The notes under the pieces are model-generated. The model was not told the DNA's origin, did not search any database, and saw nothing but the letters and a program-made list of their open reading frames with translations. A stretch of DNA of 64,000 nucleotides, taken from contig OZ024745.1 of NCBI GenBank assembly GCA_964016885.1, positions 131,378,001 to 131,442,000 of the forward strand, given 5' to 3'. This document shows positions 12,298-23,930 of the stretch, one piece after another (the first letter of the stretch is position 1; every line of letters begins with the position of its first letter). Source of the stretch: Eledone cirrhosa (Eukaryota). The position numbers were made by a program, and so were the translations under genes.

Positions 12298-14199
12298 TGA
12301 AAGCATAGGCAGTGTCTTTCAGTAGAAATATACTAATGTAAGTTGGTGTATCACAATCTAAAACATGACAATAAGATGGAAGTTATGAGTGAAAATCATT
12401 AACAGAAAAATGCAATAAGAAAAAATTAGGAAAAAACATTAGGTTACTGAGGATGTTTTCAATGAATACCTTTCTCTATATTAACTGTAGACGTTGTCTT
12501 TGACTAGATTGAATATAAGAAAAAAAGAAAAAAAATTAAGAACAGGGAGCAAACATCAGTTTTTTACAAACTTTGTTATTTCTTTTGTTAAAACTAAAGG
12601 AAATACGGAAGTTGTGGTCGGTTACATGCAGGTGTTTTGCCTTGAACAATAAACTGTAACTCACCTGAGATATAGTTTATCACTCAAGTTTACAGCTGAA
12701 CAATATCAGTAGAGTTTATGTACATTTGGAATGTACAGTATGTACATTTTGTTCTGATTTTATTTATATAAAAGGTTGCAGAATGCATCTGCCACAACAC
12801 AAAAGGAATCAAATTTAATCACATATAAGAAGGTAAGACATGACATTTAGTAAAAAATGTCTAGAATGGTAACTAAATAGCAAGACTTCGTTAATTGTGA
12901 GAGTAGTAAAAGAATATGGGAATTATTTATGGGAGAGCTATGAAATAGCCTCAGTATCAATATCTAAGAATTCTTACGAAGCTCAGATATGTGTATCTAG
13001 TTCACTGTCTTAGTGTTCTGAGATCAAAATATGGCACAGTCAGCTTGGTTTCTTTATTTCTCAAAGTTTAAAGCAGTACGTAGCAATAAAAACAGCATAG
13101 TTGATAAAGTAGCAGAAAAAAACAGGCAAAAGGTGAGTTAGTATTTGACATTCTGTCAATGCACATCATGTGTGCTCATGACAGAAAACACTTTTCAAGG
13201 GACCTGGTGGAACTAGGTGTACAGAGTGTAGTACAGAGTGTAGTTTAGCACAGTAAAGATGCATGCATGTATGTGTGATGAAGGACTATAAAGTCAATCA
13301 TAAACCAAGGTGTTGCCCTATTGAATATAATACTGCAATATATATTGGGAGACAGATCCTTCAAACTTTGCAATTTACCATGATATGACCTGTAGGAGAC
13401 CCACAGTAGTCGTTTCATATATTTCACCCTAGCCTACCCCCACACATACCACAACTATCTTAATTTACTTAGATCTTCAGGTCAGAACTAAATTAGTTCA
13501 GAAATATCCTCTAGTAAGCAGCTTATGAAATCCATCAAGTTTATAGAAGACCCTTTCCTCTGCTGGTGACCACACACACAGTTCCGTCTCTATGATAACC
13601 ATCTGATGTCTGCAAGGAAGGGAATGGCTTGTATAACAGCATGTTGCCAGCACCTACAAAATCTGGCAAATAACCAAAACAATTCAAGTGGTTTGTTTTT
13701 ATTGTAGTCTTCTACTTTCACAGCTTTATCTAAAACAATTTTTTGAAGTCAAATCAAAGCCGTACTTTGTGGCATCACTTTGCAATAATACTGCACCAAA
13801 GTTACACAATAGCTGTGGAGTTATCTCAACATATTTTTATGATAAACCAAGAATTTTCAAGTCACTAACCATAGTTACATAAATATTTTGATCAACCATG
13901 TTTTCTTTTCCAACTAACTTCCAGAATAAAAACAGAATTGTTTTTAATTTACCAGCCTGAAGGAAGGTAAAAGAGAAATAAATAACAAGTAGTGATCATA
14001 TTTCTAACTATAGGTACACTTTCTGCCAAACTGCTGCCATTTTTAGAGGGGAAAAAAACTATTTCTTTGCAGAGCTCAAAACTTGTACAATCAAAATTTT
14101 CATATTTATTTCCCATATGGGAACTAATGTATTTACAAACATTAACTACATCAATTCTATATGACGCCATAGTAATAATAATTTCTAACATAGACACAT

Positions 14200-14803
14200 G
14201 ACTTCAAATTTGGGGAAAGGGTATAACCGTTAAATATATCAACCCAGTATTTGATTGGTATATTTTTCCTACCCTTAGAAGAATGAAAGATAAAGCTGAC
14301 CCCAGCAGGATCTAACTCAGAATATAATGAACCAGAAAAGAAATATAGCTGGGCATTTTATTTGGACTTCTAATGATTCTGTTAATCCATTGCCCTTGTC
14401 TTAATAACCATTATTTCTTATCTGGGCACAAGGCCTGCAATTTGTGGAGAGGGGACAGTTGGCTTTATCGACCCCAGTACTTGATACTTTATTGACACCA
14501 GAAAGATAAAAGGTGAATATGACCTCAGTGTGATTTGAAATCAGGATGTAGAAAGTCGTAACTACCACAAAACATTTTGTCTCATGTTCTACAACAATTT
14601 GGAGGGGGTAAGTCAATTAAATTAACCCCAGTGCATTACTGGTACTTTATTTTATTGACCCCGTAAGGATGAAAGGCAAAGTTAACCTCAACGGGATTTG
14701 AAATCAGAACATAAAGGGAAGTAACTATGCTGTGAAGCGTGGTGTCCGACCCTCTACCGATAATCTACCGCCCTAGCATGGTGTCCGACCCTCTACTGCC
14801 CTA
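14200..14803 (-). mobile_element. Cluster of three adjacent SINE A-related copies
   Basis: Three successive ccccagta...gtac...gaaag...aaag...gatttgaa blocks (~14200-14395, 14405-14595, 14600-14803); last has a short internal duplication of ggtgtccgaccctctac. Confidence 0.75.
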
Positions 14804-14954
14804 ATCCCCATTATAATAATAATAAAAATAATAAACATAGATGAAAGAAATGATAAAATTAATAAAAGATAAAATAAGGAAGTTTAGGTTGTACCGTTTA
14901 ATGTTATTTTTAATATTTGGACAATACCTCTTACTTTAGTCCATACTATTATTT

Positions 14955-15950
14955 TTAGAGCATTAACATAAGGGTTCAAGACTTGGATGCCCTGAGGAAC
15001 TGTTATTCATTGATAACTTGATTCTCATTGCAGAATCTGTCTTAACCCTTTAGTATTTACATTATATATACTATTGTATTTTCATAGTAAGCCCTTTATC
15101 TTACAGAATTATCTCACATAATAACAAATCTATGAGATTTTGATATTTATTTTGAGAACAATACCATAACATAAGTATGAGCAGCTGGCTACAACCAATT
15201 TGAACAGAAAGAGGTAACAGAATTCTGGCTAGATATGGCTGTTTTAAATGCTAAAATATTAAGAAGGTCTTTCAAACTTGGAAAACCTTAATATTTAAAA
15301 CAGTCACATCCAGCCAGAATTCTGTTACCTCTTTCTGTTCAAATTGGTTGTAGCCAGCTGCTCATACTTATGTAAAAATCCTAAATACAAAGATCTAGAA
15401 ATCTAACACAGAGTAAATTGCTAGTTAATAAAAGAGCACAGGTTTTCAGTGCTGTTTAGGAAGTGTTTTTCTGCAATATAGTAGATAGAAACTAGATATT
15501 GCATACTCAGTACAAACAATAAGCATGTAAATAATTCCTTTGGATTTTTGGCATGATGACAGAGATTGAGGACTTCAAATATGATGTAGAGGAATTGTTA
15601 ACTGTGAGAACATTCATGAAATGAGGGTGTAGTACTTTGTTGGCTCGTTAGAAATATAATTTCTGATGACACAATTAGTGTTGAAAGTAATTATAGTGAA
15701 AATATAGTAGCTAGAATTAGAAAGATGCAGGGAGTCTAACAATAGATCTACTAGTTCTGTTGGACTATATCATGTTTAAGACTAGTAATGCTGTGTTGAC
15801 AGTGGATGTAAGAATAACAGTGGAGGTAAAAATGTGAAGAATGATACATGGAATTGTGGAATGTCAAACCTGCACACTTGCATCTAATACAGAATACAAG
15901 GAACTAAATAAAAGGCTTTAGCTAGTCTATGAAAGGAGATAATAGTACCG
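14955..15950 (+). mobile_element. Highly decayed RTE LINE RT region interrupted by a MITE
   Basis: gggttcaagacttggatgccctgaggaactgttattcattgataacttgattctcattgcagaatct is a decayed FKTGCPWELLYADDLVLIAES; downstream colinear with 47495-48100. Confidence 0.55.
15046..15258 (+). mobile_element. piggyBac-like MITE family A
   Basis: TTAA flanks; colinear with 6424-6628. Confidence 0.85.
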
Positions 15951-15959
15951 TATAGATAT

Positions 15960-16148
15960 AATTGTTTCTACTTTTGGCACAAGGCCAGCAATAACTCCCA
16001 GTGCATTACTGGTACTTTATTTTATCGACCCTGTAAGGATGAAAGGCAAAGTTAACTTCGGCAGGATTTGAACTCAGAATGTAAAGAGACGTAACTATGC
16101 CGCGAAGCAAGGTGTCCGATACTCTACCAATTCTGCCAATCCACCGCT
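15960..16148 (-). mobile_element. SINE family A, full length
   Basis: Matches consensus of 28657-28840. Confidence 0.9.
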
Positions 16149-16351
16149 GCCAAATAATGTGAATAAATGATAAGTGTTGGTGAAAACGTGTTGCTTGCTT
16201 ATGGTGGAAAATGAATATGACAAGGAAAGGTTAATGAAAGCAAGATGAACAGATATATGATGTACTGCAGACATATCCAACCCAGAGACAATGGAAGTCA
16301 AAAGGAGCAGGCGGCTGTGAAAAGGATTTCTGTTTGTGTGTTTGTAAACTT

Positions 16352-16496
16352 TACTGGATATTGTACTGTACCCCTGCACAAGATATTGTTGGGGTACACT
16401 ACTGGATATTGTACTGTACCCCTGCACAAGATATTGTTGGGGTACACTACTGGATATTGTACTGTACCCCTGCACAAGATATTGTTGGGTCTACAC
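16352..16496. repeat. 48-bp tandem repeat, 3 copies
   Basis: tactggatattgtactgtacccctgcacaagatattgttggggtacac at 16352, 16400, 16448. Confidence 0.95.
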
Positions 16497-17127
16497 GGCA
16501 ACATGTTACTACTTCATGGTTGAACATTTGACATTACACAGAAAATTGGTTTCAACTGTGCATTTGTCTAAATTTCCTAAAGTTGCTATGGAATGTAAAA
16601 CAAAAGAGAAAAACACTTTTCTCTTACAAGAATAACAGATCTTTCAATTTGAGGATCGCTGCTTTATGGAAATTCTTTACTTGCCACAACAAATTTCACA
16701 ATATTATTTATGCTTGACATTTATCTGACCAAAGAGAGCTCCACCCACATCAAGGTATTTAGATTAAAAACAAGAAAGGTCAGAAAGGTGTTGCCAAAGT
16801 AAGCAGAAGAAAGACATTTCTGAGATCAAACAACAGTCTTAACAGAGCATTCAGATAAAATCTTAATTAAAAGAACATCATTTATTACGTCTGTTGTTGA
16901 TGTCATTACAAATATTTTGAAATTCACATAGTTTGAGATAGAGTCGATTAGATGAATTACAAGGCTTGACTGATAACTTTCTCTATCCACTCTTTGCATA
17001 ATGATAATGTAGTGTGCTCTGATCATACACTATTAGCATTCCCCTAAGACAAACCACTCAGACAAGATATTATTAGCTTCCATCACTGTCAAACACTTGG
17101 CATTCTCAGTATGTATTGTGTCTGATA

Positions 17128-17375
17128 CTATGGACATGTGGTTAGAATGTCTGAGGAAAGAATCACTGGACAGATTTTATGGGCAAAACCAACTGGCAGG
17201 AAACCCAGGGGTAGACCCTGAGCAAGATGGTTGGATAACATCCATGAGCTCGACTGGTCTTGCTTGGGGATCCAGCTGGTTGTTTCTGACAGAACCCCTG
17301 GAAGGAGTGTTTGAGGACTCTTCCCCCATGACCCTCTCATGAATAAGTGAGCAAAGAAGAAAAAGAGAAGAAGAA
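17128..17375 (+). mobile_element. Expander-like RTE 3' end
   Basis: Colinear with 4370-4645. Confidence 0.85.
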
Positions 17376-18874
17376 ACATTTTGTAACAGGATCTTTTGTA
17401 CAACAACTTGAAAGAAAAAGTCTGCAGATCTTTTAGACAATTACTTTATACCATTTGTACATATAGGTGGTATGGCCCTCTTGTTAAAACAAATATCAAA
17501 GACGCAAACAAGTGGCTCATAGTAAAAACAGAGAGCGCTTGTTATGTATATTAATTGTTTCACAGCCTGAGCTTTGATATCCAGCAAAGAAATAGAAAAC
17601 TCATGTTTACATTAATGTAAACAATAATAATTTCAAACTTTGGCAAAAAGCCAGAAATTTGCAAGGGTTGATTAAATTAACTCCCAGGATTGGTACTCAT
17701 TTTATTCATCCTGACAGGAATAGAACTCCACAAGACTAGTGAGTGAAACATTCAATATGACATGCTGCTTCTGTACTTTCATTAAGAAAGTCAGTTAAAA
17801 AGAAGCTAAAAAGCAGAAATATCAACAATATTGCTATGTAGTTGTATATTACTGTAAAGTATTTAATCTGCCAACATTTTGGTCAGTTCACCACCCATCA
17901 TTATCATTTAACATCTATTTTCCCTTCTAGCAATGGTTGGACAGGTTGTTCGAGACCAAGCTAATACTTAATAGGAGCTACTGACCTCTCAGACGGGGCT
18001 GTGAGCAACATCTTATATACATTCTTGTAGTTGACAAAGTGTAGTGGGTGTATTTTATCATGGCACCAACACTAGGGAGATTGTTGTGTACATGGAACAA
18101 GTGAAGAGTCTTAACCCATTGTTTGGTAAGTTTTATATGGCTGATTGGACTTCCTAATTTCAACCACTTTACAGAGTGTATAGGGTGTAATTTTTGTGGC
18201 ACCAGCATACACACACACACATACCCACACACGAAATAATTCTATCTTGAGTTTGTGTTTGGTTTTGTCTTGTTCCATTTAGTTTAGATCTTAGTAAAAA
18301 ATCTAAAATGATTACAAGAATGTAAAGTATTAAAATAACAGCGAAGGAAATTCAATAAAAATGTCCAATAATATATGGAGCAATTAAATATGTCAGTTTT
18401 TCTTTTGAAAATGTAATCAAGTCACTTGCACTTTTGCTAAATTCCTTTTTGAATTTAGAAAATATATAACTGAAACTTTGAATATCTTCACATAAATCTA
18501 TCAGATATTGGTTGTTAGTGGTTCACTAATGAAAATAATAATTCTATATTTTAGAAGAGGAGAAAATGATAGGTTGTGATGTTAATGCCTTTGAGAAAGG
18601 CATTAACAAATAAAGGAGTTAAATGGCTTCAAATATGTATCAAAGTCTCATTTGTTTCATAGTGATTGATAGCTATATAAAAACTAATATTGATGTTGTT
18701 TAATTCCAGGTCAGCACTGATCAAACAAAATCGTTCCAGCTGTGACCACCCTATCTTAGACTGAATGGCTAAGTTTATTGATCTGTTTGTCAGGCACTCA
18801 TTTAAACAATTCCAGAGAGATTAAAAACAAAATCAACTCTGGGGAGATTTAAACTCAGGAAATAGGACAAAGAG

Positions 18875-19028
18875 GTTGTGTAGGTGTCAAGACAAAAAAG
18901 TACCCAGACCACGCTGTAAAGTGGTCATGTAGGAGGCATGGTAAAAAGGCTCCCAGTCCACACTGTAAATGTTGTTGGTGTTAGGAAGGGCATCCAGCCG
19001 TAGAAAACCTACCAGATAGTCCTATACA
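18875..19028 (+). mobile_element. RTE 3'UTR / Nin-like domain fragment
   Basis: ccacgctgtaaagtgg...ggtgttaggaagggcatccagccgtagaaaacc...cagatagtcctat matches 48570-48716 and 49159-49280. Confidence 0.8.
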
Positions 19029-19031
19029 GTC

Positions 19032-19595
19032 AACAATAAATGTAGGCTGTGTAAAACAAAGATCGAAGATGTTAGCTACGTTGTTGTCAACTGTGAAAGA
19101 ATATCGTCTTGCTACTACCTCCCTATGAGACACGATGTGATAGCTAGAACCATTTGGAATGCACTTAGGAAAACAAAATAAAAAAAATGAGGTGGAATAT
19201 GTTGAGATATATGGCACTAAGGAATACTGGTGGAACCTGAAAATAAACACTGCCACCAAATTAAAGCACAACTGGCCTGATATTGTTTGTGTGGGACCAC
19301 ACATTGAAAACGTGCTCTGTTGTAGATATCAGCTACCCACTTGATGTCAATGTTGTAAGAAAAATATAAGAGAAGGAGGACATCTACGGACCATTGATGA
19401 GGAGTTTGCAGATCGATTATCTAAGATACACCTTCAGCTTCATACCCATCATTATTGGAGTTACAGGTTATATACCAACCCGCTTGGACATAAGTATGAC
19501 TGAACTTGGATTTGTGGACAAAGAGCGCAACTCCCTAATTCATAGACTACAAATGGCTGCGATAGCTGGCACCTTCAAAATCTGCAAAACATTAG
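19032..19595 (+). mobile_element. 3' fragment of an RLE-type (R4/R2-superfamily-like) non-LTR retrotransposon
   Basis: Manual translation: CRLCKTKIEDVSYVVVNC...YYLPMRHDVIARTIW (CCHC knuckle with H>Y, plus RHD), then YWWNLKINTATKLKHNWPDI...CSVVDISYPLDVNV...EKEDIYGPL...FIPIIIGVTGYIP (PD-(D/E)xK endonuclease); frameshifts and stops. Confidence 0.85.
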
Positions 19596-20002
19596 AACCA
19601 AAGGAAAACAGGAAGACGATATTTTGGTCCGTGAAGACGTTCCCTGGCAATGAACGGAAAAAAAGCAAGGATAATACGTTGTTATTTGGAGCGAGAAGAA
19701 CAATTTTTTGCAAAGACAAAAACACATTTATGGTATAAAAGGAGTCATTAGACTAATATTCTATTTAGAATAACCGAATGATTTCCAGCTCCGGAATTTA
19801 AGAATAATGTAAATAAAATTATTAAAGGAAAATGACAGAAGATATTAATAATAGCAAAAATAAATAATGATGAGAACATTAAAATATTGTAATAGGATCT
19901 AGGGCCATGCATAACTATGCATTTACGCATACATAAATATATATATAAGGGTGAAAACAGCGATTCTTTGCTTAAACTTTAATCTGTTCTCATAATTAAT
20001 AA

Positions 20003-20174
20003 ATATATATATTCATATATACACACACTCACACAGACACATATATAGACACACACAGACAGACACATATATAGACACACACATATATAGACACACACAC
20101 ACATATATATAGACACACACACACATATATAGACACACACACACATATATGTGTGTGTATATATATATATATAC
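20003..20174. repeat. (TA)n/(CA)n compound microsatellite
   Basis: Direct inspection. Confidence 0.9.
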
Positions 20175-20349
20175 AGCACTATGTGTTGTCCACTAGTGAG
20201 TCACTTCACGGATGATGTCCAAAACAGTAAATCTAACATTAGCTCTTCCAAAAATAACACATGAAGTTCTTCTAATGAAAATGGTGCACTTACAGCTTGA
20301 TAATCCCTGTGAGAATGGTGACATGAGATCTGTTGAATAAAGTATAATT

Positions 20350-20515
20350 AATTGTTTCTACTTTTGGCACAAGGCCAGCAAATTCTCCAGTGCATTAGTT
20401 AACATCAGACAAAGGCAAAGTTAACCTCAGCAGGATTTGAACTCCGACCGCAAAGGGCCGTAACTCTGTGCTGAAAAGCATAGCATCCGACCCCTCTACC
20501 GATACTGCCAATCCA
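20350..20515 (-). mobile_element. SINE family A (internally deleted)
   Basis: Head and tail match consensus; central part altered. Confidence 0.8.
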
Positions 20516-20664
20516 AATGCTCCTTGGTTATCACAAGCAATCATACAATCTGTATTCAAAATAGACTCATAACATTTGCCGCATTACTGAAAAACTGGAA
20601 TATTCTACTGTAATTGACCATCACTGAAGTTAGTTAATACAAGACTAAAAATCTCAATCTGCAC

Positions 20665-20902
20665 TCTTCTTCTTTTCCTCTTCTATTCCCTTTCCTTCAT
20701 CTTTGCCCTCTTATTCCCGAGAGCGTCATGAGGGTAGAGTCCTCAAACTCTCCTTCCAGTGGGTCCTGTCAGAAGCAGCCGTCTCTAACTAATCAGGCTG
20801 GATCACCAAGCGAGACCAACCAAGCTCATGGATGTTATCCAACCATTTTGCTTGGGGGTCTACCTCTGGGTCTCCTGCCAGTTGGTTTTGCGCATAAATC
20901 TG
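20665..20902 (-). mobile_element. Expander-like RTE 3' end
   Basis: Reverse complement of 12055-12297. Confidence 0.85.
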
Positions 20903-21095
20903 CACTTTCTTTTAAAATATCGTAATTATTTTATAGTCCATTGCTAGTCAATCCTTTCCTATTATGTCATAGTATTTACTGGTTCAACTTGGATTGTTTT
21001 ATTAGTAACAAACAATACTAAAGTAATGTAAGTTGCAAGTCTGTTTACTAATATTAAGAAAATTTGGTTTCACAACAGGTTGAATGAAATTTAAA

Positions 21096-21145
21096 TACGA
21101 GGGGGTTGCTGAAAAGTTCCTGGCCATAAGAGTATTGTGAAAGGG
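21096..21145 (+). mobile_element. Isolated mariner-like terminal repeat
   Basis: TA-CGAGGGGGTTGCTGAAAAGTTCC resembles mariner TIR starts; partner end not found. Confidence 0.45.
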
Positions 21146-21529
21146 TAGAGCTGTTACCTTTACAGCAGAGGTAGGACATCTATTTAGGAGAAGATATGCA
21201 AAACATCATGATGGTATACAATACATCTTTCTATTTTTTGCAGATTTAATGCATGATGGCAGCTCCTGCAGTGGAGTTTTGTTTCCACAAACTAATGAAT
21301 ACTTGATACACACTCAACAGTTTTCCCTGATATACATTACTTTTAATAAGGAACTAAGTAGAAGGAAACAAAGTAAATTTCCACCATCTAGAATCAAGTT
21401 GTAAACAGTTACTCTTCAGTGTTTAAATAATGCAAAGATTATGTATTATCACACCCTCATAATGATGGCAGGACAAACAAATTTACAGCATATCTCCCAT
21501 CTCCAAGAAACAAAGTAATTTCATTATAA

Positions 21530-21728
21530 AGGCAATAGATTGGCAGAAATATTAGTGCCAGAAAAATGCCTTGTGGTATTTATTATAGCCCTTTACATCC
21601 CACAGAAGTCAACTTTGCCTTTCAACCTGCAGTGGGGATAAAATACAATACCAATTAAATTCTGGAAGGAATTTAATTGGTCAAAACATCCTCCTAAATA
21701 AAGTATTGTGCCAATGTTAGAAATGAAT
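21530..21728 (+). mobile_element. Old SINE A-related copy
   Basis: ttggcagaaatattag...gtcaactttgcctttcaacc...gataaaatacaataccaa...ttgtgccaatgttagaaa. Confidence 0.65.
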
Positions 21729-22094
21729 ATGGAAGCAAAAGACCTTAATATACATAACAAAAGCAGAAATGTTTTTACAAGAGAAACAGAGATAACAAAG
21801 AATGATAATAACTAACTGTAATAAGAGATCTTATACAAAGAACTAGCTTTGCAGAGTTGATAACCACAGAGTCATGTGCAAGAGTAACTCTTTAGCTGTT
21901 AAGTAAACATGGTATAGAAGATATAGAGTACACGTTACTAAAATTGCAATAAATTCTATCAAAACAGATATAAAATTCCCGTGTTCTATCTTCTTAATCT
22001 GCTTTGTAAAACATTTGACTTGAGATGAAGTTAAGACGGTTATATTGTATCAGAGTAAAACTGACTGCTTAAAACAAACATATAATAACATGGA

Positions 22095-22262
22095 TGAAGC
22101 ATGCTGAAATGATTAAGAAGTTTGCTTTGTAATCAGGAAGTCCCAGACTTACTTCGACTGTGTAGCATCTTAGACAAATGCCTTTTACCACAGTTTTGAG
22201 TTGACCTAAACCTTGTGAGTAAAACTGAGTAGGCAGAAACTGTGCAGAAGCCTGTTAGATGG
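22095..22262 (+). mobile_element. tRNA-derived SINE family C (degenerate)
   Basis: gattaagaagtttgcttt...gcatcttagacaaatgccttt...ccttgtgagt...gcagaaactgtg, colinear with 30894-31030 and 31714-31856. Confidence 0.65.
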
Positions 22263-22471
22263 ATTGCACCATTAATTCAAAGGTACAGCCTTATCACACA
22301 TCATGTCATGCTGATTCAGCCTGAGAATTACATTATGGTCAGACATAACTGTGAGATACTCAGCCACATATATGTTAATTCAATAAGTAGGGAGTTTAAT
22401 TAATTAAATATGTGCCAAAAGAAAACAGAAATACATTTTTTACATAATTAGATACATTTTGTTTCTTTAAT

Positions 22472-22540
22472 AGTATAGTATGGTATGGTATAGTATGGTA
22501 TAGTATGGTATAGTATGGTATAGTATGGTATAGTATGGGT
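22472..22540. repeat. (TAGTATGGTA)n 10-bp repeat
   Basis: Direct inspection. Confidence 0.9.
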
Positions 22541-22544
22541 AAAA

Positions 22545-22755
22545 TGTAAAGATCCCTTTGGTCAGGAATAACGACGAGATTTGTACCTAGAAAGTTCCCC
22601 TCCAAGGCACATGTCTGGGCAAGGTTGTTTGTGAAAGACCAGCAGTCATCCATGCATACTAGCCTCCCTACTAAAGTGTCTTGCTCAAGGACACAACACA
22701 TCACTCAGTCCAAGAATCGAACTCACAACCTTCTGATTGCAAGCCCAACACTAAC
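22545..22755 (-). mobile_element. SINE family D (tRNA head + CORE-like domain + distinct tail), internally deleted
   Basis: aaagtgtcttgctcaaggacacaacac...gaatcgaactcacaacc shared with family B head; tail gtaaaagatccctttggtca...cctagaaagttc shared with 37910-38095. Confidence 0.75.
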
Positions 22756-22873
22756 GAAGACATACACATCCATTTTAGTGTCATAATAAATACATCACTA
22801 GAATTAGTAATAATAGTGTTGGAAGTTGTCTCCAGCTAAGACAAAACCAAACACTGGTGTTATCAGAAATTAA

Positions 22874-22972
22874 TTGTTTCTACTTTTGGCATAAGGCCAG
22901 CAATTACCCAGTACATTACTGGTACTTTATTTTATCGACCCTGTAAGGATGAAAGGCAAAGTTAACCTCGAT
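22874..22972 (-). mobile_element. 5'-truncated SINE A with TSD
   Basis: Direct repeat ttatcagaaattaat on both sides. Confidence 0.9.
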
Positions 22973-23315
22973 GGTTATCAGAAATTAATGTCAAGTTGTT
23001 AGGGAAGAGCTTGATTTGGTGTAGGACAGAACAAAGGAAAGACACAAAATAACAACAACAGTAGTCACTAAGGAGGTCACAGGAAAGAGCTTTGACAATC
23101 AACAATTAAACAATCATTTGGTTATTAAACTAACTGACTGGGAAATTCTAAATGGTGCATGTGACCCTCCCAAAGTATAACAATATCTACTTCAGCACCC
23201 GTTTTCAGAAAAAAAATCCTGCAAAATAAATTAAAAAAACGAAACTTAAGTACCTGTTTATGTCACTGTTGTAATTATATATATATATATTTATATATAT
23301 ATATATATATATATA

Positions 23316-23532
23316 GTGAAAACTGGAACGGGAACAAAAACAGAGAGGCAGTACAAACAAAGGTTTATTAGTTTCACGCTCAAGAGTGGGGTGGGGGGTG
23401 GGAAGGACGTTTCGGGCATAAGCCCTTCTTCAGGAGAAATGTGGGTGGGAATCGGCTTGTGTATTATATTTGTTATTTTACATTGAGCTACTCTAATACT
23501 TGTAATTGGATAATATTTAATATTACCCACAT
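23316..23532 (-). mobile_element. Putative Penelope-like terminal remnant with hammerhead-like motif
   Basis: Embedded in (TA)n; minus strand CTGAAGA-A-GGGC-TTAT-GCCC-GAAACGTC followed by AATAAA; 23452-23530 is homologous to 55961-56040. Confidence 0.5.
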
Positions 23533-23624
23533 TTTATATATATATATCCATTACAAGCATTTTATATATACATGTTCATTACAAGCTGAGGATCAGCATG
23601 GTGAACTAACTGTTGTGTAACCAC

Positions 23625-23930
23625 TTCATTTCATTTCATTTTACGTCCGCTTATCCCTGCTTGCAAGGGTGGGATGGGAACTGATTCTGGCTTGATTTCT
23701 ACAGTTGGATGCCCTTCCTAACACCAACCTCATATACAGTGAGTGCTGGGTGCGTTTTTTTCCGTGGCACCTCCACGACCACTTTGCATTTCTACAGCTG
23801 AGTAAACTGGAGCAATGTGAAATAAAGTGTCTTGCTCAAGGAAACAACACATCACCCGGTCTGAGAATTGAACTCACAACCTTTCGATTGCAAGGCCAAT
23901 GCTCTAACCACTAAGCCATGTGCCTCCACT
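23625..23930 (-). mobile_element. SINE family B (tRNA head + CORE-like + Nin/Deu-like domain + RTE-type tail)
   Basis: A-box TGGCTTAGTGG, B-box GTTCAATTC; near-identical to 31278-31598, 35333-35670, 60784-61126. Confidence 0.9.

Noticed and set aside
12782-12832. Possible 51-nt plus-strand exon (NASATTQKESNLITYKK, AAG|GTAAGA)
   Set aside because: Weak pyrimidine tract, no recognisable homology.
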